Source: Catajapyx aquilonaris (Eukaryota). From it: 64,000 nucleotides of DNA. Positions 49,701 through 60,200 of the stretch are shown here, piece by piece. The notes under the pieces are model-generated. The model saw only the letters and a program-made list of their open reading frames with translations, made no database searches and had not been told where the DNA came from. Location: NCBI GenBank assembly GCA_000934665.2, contig KZ538319.1, positions 1 to 64,000 of the forward strand, in the 5' to 3' direction. The translations under genes were made by a program, and so were the position numbers. Within the stretch, counting starts at the first letter, position 1. Each line of letters opens with the position of its first letter.

Positions 49701-51471
49701 GAAAAGATGATCCCCTAAATCCTAAAAGGCCCAAGGAGGCATATCACCCACTATAAGCTTTTTAGAAGCAAATGACATTATTTTTTGAGTACCCCGTGAT
49801 GACCTGTTGGGTCTATAGGGGGGTGGATTACCACCATTGGGATTTGTTGGAGCGTGTTAAGAGAATCTTATTAGTTACTCCAAGGGTTGGTAGGAGGGGA
49901 TGTGCAAAGTGCATGTGCGCTGTCGTTGAGTGGTCATTTTGTGAACTCCCCGGGTGGATTAGTCTTTAGGATTTCCACCCCAAATGAAGCCAGAGATGGC
50001 CCAACTCTGCACGGATAAAGGTGGGAACCCCGGTTGGGGATTGAACCTGGGACCTTAATATCCGTGGGTGAGGGCTTTACCGCAGCGCCACTTCATCTCC
50101 CTTAAATGACATGAATTAATACAGCTGATAGAAATATCACAATTTATGCAATGGTGAATCATAATCATAATGTATGAGGGATAGTCAGAAAATAAGTTTC
50201 GCGATGCTACAGTTTCAACGCCCTCGTAAAGATGAGCATGAGCAGATATGCTGATCCTTCCTTAGTTTAGTTTATATACCCCGGTAGGCTTAACACCTTT
50301 ACATGGGGGAGCTCCCCTGAATATTTACATTAATTAAATACTCACACCTATTTACCTTACATATGCTGATCCTTCCTCTACTTATAGGATGGGTAGGCAC
50401 CTTCTTGCAACTCATGTGGAGGAGCAGCAGCCGTCGAACGAGACCGAGTAACGAGCCGAGCGTGGCCACCTACATTCCACCAGGAAATGTCATGCCAGGC
50501 AGAGAGTGTTGGTCACATGGACAAAGAAAGAAGTTAGGACACTTCAAGACACTGTTGGTAATTGCAGTGGCCGGTAGTAAGGGTCTCTGGTTGTCATTTA
50601 CACTCGCCAGCTTATTCTGGAATTGGTGGCACCATATTGCCGCACCATTTTCACTCAGACATGACACTCGGACCATACACTCCACTAGAAAGTGATACAA
50701 GTCATATGTGGTATGTCAAATGTCGACCACTGGTACGGAGCATCTGCCCTCACTTCTGCCTCAGTCCATGTGACCAACACTCTCTGTCTGGCATGACTTT
50801 CCTGGCGGCATATGGACAGGCATGCTCTGATTGCCACTCGGTCTCGTCTAACACCTGCCGCGCCTGCGGATAAGGTGCCAGCAGGCGCCTACCCGTCCTA
50901 CTAAGTAGAGGAAGGATCAACGTATCTGACCATGCTCGTTTTTTTTCCCTGGTGCGTTGCATGGTGTCGAAACTGTAGCATTGCGAAACTTATTTTTCGA
51001 CTAGCCCTCATAAATATTGCAATCTAAATCATTATAAGGGTGGCTGCAAATTGTTAGAGCAGAATGAGACCCATGCCCACAAGAAAGTTATAAATATTCT
51101 AATGTTCGGGAGGCAAGGACTGGTGATGATTTAATGTTCATCTGACAGCATGCCAAATCTCTTATATTTTTGCCATGAAAATTCAATATTGTTAGATTTT
51201 GGTGCAACTCAGACACATAAAAGTAAGCATGAACAGCCATATTTTGAGGTATGAATTGAAAACTTTATGTTCTTTAAGTCTGAAGAGATGACGGTCACAG
51301 GCAAAGTTGGGACTGTAAATTTAAGGGTGTTTACATATCCATGCAAAGTAAAGCATCTCCCAGTTCTAATATGCAGCAGGGGGGGGGAGCTTTTCTGCCT
51401 AGTGGAAAATCTGGTGCTGGGGATCCCCTGGAGAATTTTGTGAATTTTTAACTGATTTCCCCTTTATTTCC

Positions 51472-51539
<68 letters not shown>

Positions 51540-54086
51540 GCGCACGCAACCTGCAATGAGGAAGACATTGGTAATGAAAAAATGGAATGGGAGGGCTCGC
51601 TTATAGCTGGTCGTAATATGGGGTTGAAAAATTGAGTGGCATTGAATCAAACAACATACTGTACATTTCCTGAATCAGACATGAAAAAAGTTATCAAAAA
51701 ACCTCGCGATATACAACATTGTGTGTAAACACTGTTGTTGGAGAGCAATGTTCCGTGTTGAGCAGTAGGAGTAGTGAACACTTTGACCTGACTTGGGTTG
51801 CGAGACCGGGACAGTGCCACATGCAGCTGGCCATGATTGTGAGAAGACAGGTTCATCCAGAGATATGCTAACGTGCTGATGTGGCCCTGCGAGTTATTGT
51901 TGATCGTCATGGCATACGCTGGGATGACATTATGTCAATCAACGTAAGACTTTTGGATCCGGACCCAGCAGGCTATGATTAAGGCTAATAATAATAGCTG
52001 ATAATAGCTGATATGGGCATATTTGAGAGACGCGGCAACATGAGGGATGGAGTTGCCCTTTGTGTGGCTTTATGGTACCGCAACAATACTGTCATCTGTT
52101 GGGCGACACGGTGGCGGAGTGGTTAGCCCCGCAGCCTTCCACCTCTAAGGTCCCGTGTTTGATCCCCGGATCGGACAGAGTATGCTTATGTGGATAGAGT
52201 TTCGATGGGTTCTCTCCGTGTTCGCGTGGGTTTTCTCAGGGGTTCTCCCGTTTCCTCCCACAATCAAAATCCATCACAGCGCAGGCAATGATTAAAGTTG
52301 GTCAATTAAAAGATGATCCCCTAAAAAGCTCAAGGAGGCTTATCATGGGGTATCCATTATCTCCACTGTCATCTGTTGTGGCCCCGCCAGGCAGGGTTCG
52401 TCGCCCTCCAGGATATTTTAGGTAATGCGGAGCGGAAGCGCAGCTGGGAGATTTTTGTGGGTTTCGTATCCGCAACATTTACAGTACTGTCGGTCTTGTG
52501 GCGCCGGAGGCCAACGAATGTTATTGTGGCTTTGCCAATGTCCAATCCCCCTGCTGATCCCACAGCTGTTATCTTGTTTCCTTGCTCCAGGAGGTTCATG
52601 CGCCGCCGCCAAATAAGTCGTAAGGGTTTACTCTAAGCTAAGCTATCCGCTGAAAATCATAATAAGTAGCTAGATCTGGATCCATAGTTAGAAAGTGGGG
52701 CTGAAAGTAGCAGCGTATATGACAGCTTTCTGAATATTCTGAGGCGCAGATTGAATCAGTTGGCAGACCTGTATTGGCGGGTAAGGAAATAGGTGGCGGT
52801 TAGGACTTTTGGCGGGAAGGGAAAGTGGAGGGAAGGACTTTCGGCGGTAAAGGAAATTGGCGCTCAGGAGTTTAGGCGGGAAAGCAGGAGACCCCAGCCA
52901 CTATTCTCCCTGGCCTGATGATTTAGTGCCGTGATGAGAAGGTGGCAGCACTCACCAGGGGCCTGTATTGGCGGGAAAGGAAATAGGTGGCGGTTAGGAT
53001 TTTTGGTGGGAAGTGAAAGTGGCGGCCAGATGAATTAGTGCCGTGACCAAACTGTGGCAGCACTCCCTTGGCGGCCCCTTGGTGAGTGCTGTGCCACCTT
53101 TTGTTCATGGCACTAATTCTTCAGGCGGCCACATCTGGAGCGTTCCAGAGGCGAAAAAAATAAGGCTATTATTATAGGGGGATTATTATTATCATCATCA
53201 TCATCTTCACGGCGTTTCCCGAACAGATATGGGGTTGCCAGCGGATATTGAGGAGGAGGTCCTCAATAACCTCATATGACCAAATACATACAAAAAAAAT
53301 AATATCTGAAGCCTGGTCAGGTACTGGCAGATAATTGGGGAAAAAAAGGGGGGGGGGGGGGGGNGGGGGGATAACCCGGGACCTTAACATCCGTGGGCTC
53401 GTGCGTTACCGCAGCACCACTCCGCCTCCCTCATTTCCTATTATTGTAGCCTATTTAAAAAATATTTATTTCAACTTGCTGCTGCCCCTATGGTAAGTCC
53501 AGTGCTGCTTCCAGTCGTGTAATTATTTATTATTAATTTTTTGTTAATTTTTTTTTGTATGCCTAAATTTGCTGCCCCTTGAAATCTGCCGCCCTAGGCA
53601 AATGCCTAGGTTGCCTTGCCGTAAATCCGGCGCTGATTACTAGCCTTAGGTCACTACAATCCTGACCTTTAGAAGGCCTACTGTAATTGCCCAGTATCTC
53701 CTCTCACCTGTCCTAGGAAATCCAATGACAAACACATCAGTGTCCCTTGCTTCAAATCGTGTAAGCTCTTCCATGGTCCCACTCTTGATAGCATCCCCTG
53801 GCAGCACACATGATTGGAAGCGGAAAAACTCCAGAGGTTTGCGACTGGCGAAGTTTGGGTCATCTGGAAGTCTTTCACACCCCTCAAGCCTGTGCCTTAG
53901 TTGCTCTGCTCTCCCTTTGCGCATGTATACTGCCAGAGCAAAGGTACCACCAAAAAGGGATGCTGCAAAGAGGCGCTTTATCTGGCGTAACCGCACCAAT
54001 GCAGGGTCAGTGAATAGGTCAGCGTGCATCCGGCGGACCCCAGTTGTGACCAGCATGTGACGGCAGGTGCATAATACAGCTGCCAT
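44074..54086 (-). CDS. Cytosolic-family PAPS-dependent sulfotransferase with an N-terminal extension, about 371 aa
   Basis: Exons 54086-53708, 48974-48636, 46581-46303 and 44192-44074, all with phase-1 junctions. Motifs: 5'-PSB GFPRTGITW, catalytic IKSHL, 3'-PB RNPKDVAVSYYH, FYEDLK, and RKGVVGDWK. An alternative in-frame ATG lies at 54125, and a probable non-coding first exon ends at 55756 (GTAAGT donor). Confidence 0.9.
45597..46066. mobile_element. piggyBac-type MITE
   Basis: TTAA-CCCTTAACTACGTAGGT...ACCTATGTAGTTAAGGG-TTAA. Confidence 0.8.
47023..47313. mobile_element. Helentron/DINE-1-like non-autonomous element (inverted copies)
   Basis: TTTTAGAC...AAAAAGTCTTATAGC followed by (CTGT/CCGT)n, and mirrored at the right end. 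Confidence 0.55.
48282..48448. mobile_element. Small MITE
   Basis: TIR CAGTTCTGGACATTAAT / ATTAATGTCCAGGACTG. Confidence 0.6.
50175..51010. mobile_element. mariner-type MITE with internal inverted segments
   Basis: TA-TGAGGGATAGTCAGAAAATAAGTTTCGC...GCGAAACTTATTTTTCGACTAGCCCTCA-TA. Confidence 0.8.
51537..51928 (-). mobile_element. Helitron relic: frameshifted C-terminus of the Pif1-like helicase
   Basis: VIPAYAMTINNNSQGH...HGQLHVALSR and, in a shifted frame, NVVYREVF match the Helitron RepHel end (AMTINKSQGQ / HGQLYVALSR / NVVYxEV). A CTAA (CTRR)-like end abuts the (AAT)n tract. Confidence 0.8.
52100..52345 (+). mobile_element. tRNA-derived SINE, third family
   Basis: A-box TGGCGGAGTGG, B-box-like GTTTGATCCC and a GGGTTTTCTC core. 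A homologous copy lies at about 49490-49750. Confidence 0.75.
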
Positions 54087-54921
54087 ATTACGAGGGTTTG
54101 TGTGACGAAGGGCAATGACTAGCATCACTGTTGGCAGCTAAGTGGGAGAGCAGCCCTGACCCTGAAAAAAAATTAATATTCTTAAATCTGGACGACATAA
54201 TTATATTGGGCGTTTAAAATAGCATTGCAAAAACTATCTTTGGGTGCAATCACTTTTCATATCTTCCAACTTCATAACATTAACTAGATCTGGTTTACTG
54301 TCCTTTCTCTCTAATAAATTACCAGTACCACAGGTCTGACAGCCAGATAAAAGCATATCTTTGTAAGGAAAATGTCTCATTATACAAGTGGCATTGAGAA
54401 ATCTGGCAACCACTGATGGCCTTCCCACATTTAGACAACCTTAAGCATTACTTACAAGTGTATCACTACTTTACTCATCAGGATAAGCAGAGCAAATGAC
54501 TTGCAAGACTATTTGTTTAGGGTGTCATCTTGATTTATAACTCTCTAAATGTCAGCATGCTACCAAATAAATGTACATAGGTCATATGAGTCACTAATAA
54601 TGCAGAACGCGAGTAACCAAGAGAGTATGAAATGGTGCATAAGGCATGTGAGTGACAATTGTGACAATGGCCACGCGTCAGGATGAAAGGAACCAGTTAA
54701 CAGGTTCCTTTCATCCTGATGTGTGGCTGCCCGCTCGACGCGACGGGACAATTCTTTTTGAACTGTTGATACAAAGCAACAATTTCAGAATTATCCTGGA
54801 TGTGCTGGGGAGACCCCTACAAGCAAAATTTAAATTAGGATCTCCAAAATGGCAAGCTTTATCCTTAACTATTATACTTCGCACAAGCACATAATAGTGT
54901 GACTGGAAAAATGCTTGTTAA

Positions 54922-55204
54922 CCCTGGAACCGTGCCGTGGGGTCTTTTTGGACCCCAAGGAAAAAAATGCATTAAAATGATCATTACAATGAACTTTTGC
55001 CATTTTTTTACAGTATATAACAGGAAGTGCATGTTTATTTTGAATTTAGCGATCATTTTAGGCATTGTTCAAAGAATGATTGTATATAGTCAATACATTG
55101 AAAAGTATTATATAATAATTAATAAAAATTAAAATATGGTGCGGTCCGAAAAGACCCCACGGCACGGTTGCTGTAATACTCGTAGGCACAGCACGGTTCC
55201 ATGG
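54922..55204. mobile_element. piggyBac-type MITE
   Basis: TTAA-CCCTGGAACCGTGC...GCACGGTTCCATGG-TTAA. A partial second copy lies at about 56250-56365. Confidence 0.75.
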
Positions 55205-57238
55205 TTAAAAGATCAGGCTCAAACATTACAAGGTTTTAGTACAGTGCTTGCCACTCTATATGAAAACCATACTGATTCAAATGACATAGGTTGGCTGCAC
55301 AGCTTTTGTACATTCGCTGTGAATACCTTAGAGCAGATCAAATTATGAAGGGTGGGAACCATACCGATGCTCCATGCACGTTTTACACAATAAATCGTGC
55401 TTGTGCACATCATTATCGGACGTCCTTCAAGTCCTAATGTAGGAAATAATAATCACAGATGTGTCAACATCTCCCACCAAAAATAGCTCCCTAATCATCT
55501 CCACAAAAGGTCGTCGCTGTCTACGTACACGGTGCATCGACCCTCCTGACCTTGGCATTGAGCCAACCCAGAGTTTACCCACACCTTGCGACAATATCGA
55601 TCAACGTACGGGTTCAACGCCATCCCCAAAAAACCACGCCGTTTTCTAACTCCCCAAAAACACACCAAACATACCGCAACAAACGTTTCAAAATGTGACA
55701 CCCTCCCTGACAAGCCTCGGTCCACCAGTACCCGTCAACACAACCTGAAACTTACCACGAGCTTCTCTTCTCACGTACACGACAGTTGACGATTTAACCA
55801 AGGCCCGTCGTGCTCGCTGTTTACAAATAGTGGACCCTCAAAGTACTGGTACCTGGTGGTAGGGAGGTCACACTATTTCGCCTGGATAGTTCACTTTGTA
55901 CACTTGTCATCCTCTATGATACCCATACTCTCTCTAGATCAGATGTTGATCAAAACGTACGATGTACTTTGACTTCCAACCACTAGGGGTAGGATAGTGC
56001 CATCTGTTGACCATATTAAGAACCAGATAGTATGGCCGATTGGGAGGGCTCCAAATGTTTGTATGGGGCAAGGTCAGAAATATGCGCAGAAAATTGACGG
56101 AGCTTAGGGAGTACGTTTACCTTGAATGGGGTTGTCGACACAAAAGGTGAACCAGTTTGTTGCCTCAACTTGGCGATGCTTGGGGAAGGTCACTGCAGAG
56201 TCTGAGCAAATATGGCTTCAACATGCGGTAGTGTTTGTCTGATAAACAATTAAAAATATAGTCAATATATTGAAAAGTATTATAAAAATTAAAATATGGA
56301 TGGGGTCCTAAAAGACCCGATGTCACGGTTGCCATAACTTTCACTGTCCACTGTTCCAGGGTTAATTGGAATGCATGGGAAAGAAGAACAGCACATGTAT
56401 ATCTGAAACCTTTATATTTGAGTTCACTATTTACAAAATTTAATTCAATTCATCTCAGTTGAACGGCCATGTTCACATTGCAACAAGTACAAAATCTTCT
56501 GTACTCACGTCACGAACCTCCAACCGTTAACAATGGTATTGTCTGAAAGAACATACTTCACTCTTTTGTAAAAAATAACCACTCTATTGTTGCACTTATA
56601 CAGGATATGACAAAAAAAATGTTAATTCATTTTCATACGACATAAACCTTTAAATGCATTAATGTTTACAGACAGAGTAAGTGACTAGGGGACTAGAAAA
56701 CAAGCGGGAAGAAAAAAAATTACCCAGCCTATGTCATATTGCCCCAGATTTGTCTCATATTGAATGCTTTCTGCAAAATATACTACAAGCCGTAATAATA
56801 TTTATAAAAGAACAATCACCAAATGACACTACATTTTTGTATTGGTCCACGTAACTGGTTTCATTTATAGTACAGTTTTCCTTCCAAATATTTTTATATC
56901 ACATGACAAGTTCATATTTTTGTACATCTTGTCACACATTTAAAAAAGGTGTCATTTGAAGGCCTCGGGAGCAAACAATGGTAAGGGTATGGGTTTTACA
57001 TATCCCTTACCATTGTTTACTCCCGAGCCCTTCATTTCACACTTGGTTACACCAGTTTTTTTTTGTGATGAAAAATAACTATGAAAATTATTGCCTTTGT
57101 CAGGTCAATCACCAAAAGCACTGCCTCGCAAAACAACAACAACAAAAGTTGGCATCCTCCTCTGCTAGCTTCACCTATTGAGCGACAGTTGGGTGGAATA
57201 TCTTGCTTACACTGTGACCAGATTGGGAGGGGAAGCTT

Positions 57239-60200
57239 TCACCTGAGACGCTGCAAGAGTCTCTCGTTGCTTTCCTTTATGTCACCGACTGTGTCCGCTG
57301 CATGGAACTTTGTTTTGGTCTTGTTTGGGACCAGAAAATTTTCCATTTCTTCCATCATTGGGTCACTAAATGAATTATGAGAAACATTTTACTGCATTGT
57401 TAAGAAAATGACTTAAAATTAATGCATCATACTGTATACTAGTAGAACAGGGTGTCCCACTACTTACTTTACCTGGCATTTCTTTAACCCCTTGGGCCCC
57501 AGCTATACTCGCCATCGCCTAGTTTTCCACTTACGAGTACTCTGAAGATACGGACAAGATATTTCACACAAAATAACAGCTATACTTACACGTTCATGCT
57601 CTACGCTATGTATGTGTTTGGAACCATTTTCCTAGTCTAGAAGTCCCTCAATTAATTTCCAAAAGGATCGCCTCAGAGTATAGCTATACTACCATCACCT
57701 AGATTTTGGTTTGCACATACTCTGAAGATAATTATAAGATACAGTAAAACTTCTATAAGTCGAATCTCCATTGGACCGGGAAAAAACTTTGAGTTATAGA
57801 AGATTCAAGTGAGAGAAGTTTGGATTTTTTAAGCACAGAACTCTATAAGGAAGCCTACCTTTGTATCCAGCGACGAAAGATGTTCAAAAATTAAAAATAA
57901 CTGTCACTGTCACACTTACAATGTTCCTCGTTTTGTTGTAAAAGAAATCTCCTTTACGGACATTTGCCTACTGTTAGATTCAAGGATGCAATTGTCACAA
58001 TCGAGTCAAACACTTCTTCCGGTACGTCAGGTAGAAGGAGATCAGGAAATTGGGCCTTTCTGTACATGTGGCCTACTCTCGACCCTTCGGCTGGGAAATG
58101 AGAAAATTTTCCGTACTCGCCAACATGAACTTGGACTTAGGGAGACTGAAAATGCATTGATATCCCATCGTAAGGCCCTGCCAGCACTTCGAGTTATGGA
58201 GAACTTCGAGTTATATAAATTCGAGTTAGGAAGTTTATTTCCTATTATTTTACATTGTGACCAACCAAGCTCATCATTTTCTTCGACTTATAGAGAACTT
58301 TCATTTAGGGAAGTTCGATTTATAGAAGTTTTACTGTATTTTACTAATAACAACAGGTATACTTACACGTTCATGGAAAACACAATCTATATCTTGGAAA
58401 CAATTTTCCTTGTCTAGAAGTCCCTAAATTAATTTCCAAAAGAGATCACTGTAAATTCCATCACCCAGATTTTCACTTGCACTTACTCTGAAGATGAGGA
58501 CAAGATATTTCACAAATAATAACAGATACACTTATACATTCATGCTCTACACCATGAATGTGTTGGAAACAATTTTCACTCGTCTAGAAGTCCCTAAATT
58601 AATTTTCAAAAGTAATAATTTGAAATTCAAATACTACTTGCCTACCGTTAGGCCATCGCCTAGATTTTCCCTCACACGGACTCTGAAGTTAAGGACAATA
58701 TATTTTACAAAATAATAACAGCTATACTTACTTGTTCCTTGAAAATGCTATGAATGTGTTTGGAACAATGATTTTCCTCGTCTACAAGTTCCTAAATTAA
58801 TTTCCAAAAATATCGCTGTAAAAAAAACTCGAAATTCGAGAACTGCCGGCCAACTGTTAGGCTGATTTAATTATGAAATACATTCAAATATACGGAATAT
58901 TAACCTTGAGAACCTTGCCAGACGAAGTTGCTGAAATCATCGTACTTTGCAAGAAATAAATGAATTTGGGAGATTTCCGAAGTAACAGGAAAGCCGCCGA
59001 TAAGAAATAATTTATTTCTCGCAAAGGACGACGATTCCAGCAAATACGTCTGGCACTATTCTCAATGTTGTTATTCCATGTATTTTAACATATTTCAGAA
59101 TTAAATCAGTCAAGTAGTTGGCCGGAAGTACTCGAATTTCGAGCAATATTTTTGAAAATTAATTTAGGGTCTTCTAGACGAGGAAAATTGTTCCAGACAC
59201 ATTAATAGTGTTTTCCCTGATCTGGTAAGTATAGCTGTTATTTTGTGTAAAATATCTTGTCCATATCTTCATAGTAGGAACTAGGCGATGGAGGGTATAG
59301 CTGGGGCCCAAGGAGTTACTTGAACAGGAATGAAGATTTTGCAATGAAATTTGAACTGATCTAACCTCATTATGTGAGAAAGAAAATGGCATCAAAACAT
59401 GCGCTGGAAATGGCCACCATTTGTGTCCAGGCAGGCCTGAACATGACGCTCCATATTTTGGAGGTCCAGGCCAGCATGACCTCAGGCACTGCCTGAATTT
59501 CTTGGACAATGTTTTCTTTCAAGGCGTTGATGGATCGTGGTTTGTTTCGGTACACTGGCCCTTTCAGATAGCCTCTTAAGAAGTAATTAGGTGGCATAAG
59601 ATCGGGTGACCACAGTGGCTGAAGTCTCATCGAAATGACTTGGTCACCGAGGAAGGACTGAATTTCGGCCATGCTGACATGTGATGTGTGGAAAATGTAC
59701 CAAAACAAACCACGATCCATAGATGGCTTGAAAGAAAACCTCATCCAAGAAATTCAGGCAGTGCCTCAGGACATGCTGGCTAGGACCTTCCAAAATGTGG
59801 AGCATCGTGTTCAGGCCTGCCTGGACGCAAATGGTGGCCATTTCCAGCACATGTTGTGATGCCATTTCCTTTCTTACATAATAAGGTTAGTCCAGTTCAC
59901 ATCCCATTGTTAAAGTATTTTAAAATGCCAAGTAAAGTAAGTAGTGGGACACCCTGTAGTTTGAAGTGCTCAGTAAGGCACTTCCAACTTTCTGAGGTGT
60001 GTTATGTAATAATACATATATTAGAAATAAGACTCACTTGATGATCTCACGGCCTGATGGTGATAATACCGTTAGTCCAGACCTGGACCGGCTGCGATTC
60101 AGTTGGGCACGTCTCTCGGCTGTTGAAAATGAATAAGTTTTAGCATATATCTTAACAGAAAAGACTTCAGGTACCTCCAGAACATGCCAATGGTGTGACT

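Noticed and set aside
52765..53025. Cluster of GGCGGGAA (E2F-like) motifs
   Set aside because: They lie in a locally duplicated repeat-like segment within an intron, most likely transposon subterminal repeats.
57488..58830. Regularly recurring repeats suggesting a CRISPR-like array
   Set aside because: The units are long degenerate tandem copies inside a MITE, with no unique spacers or cas genes, in a eukaryotic intron.
59370..59865. Functional transposase
   Set aside because: Only short, mutated C-terminal fragments remain, with no full DDD/E domain.
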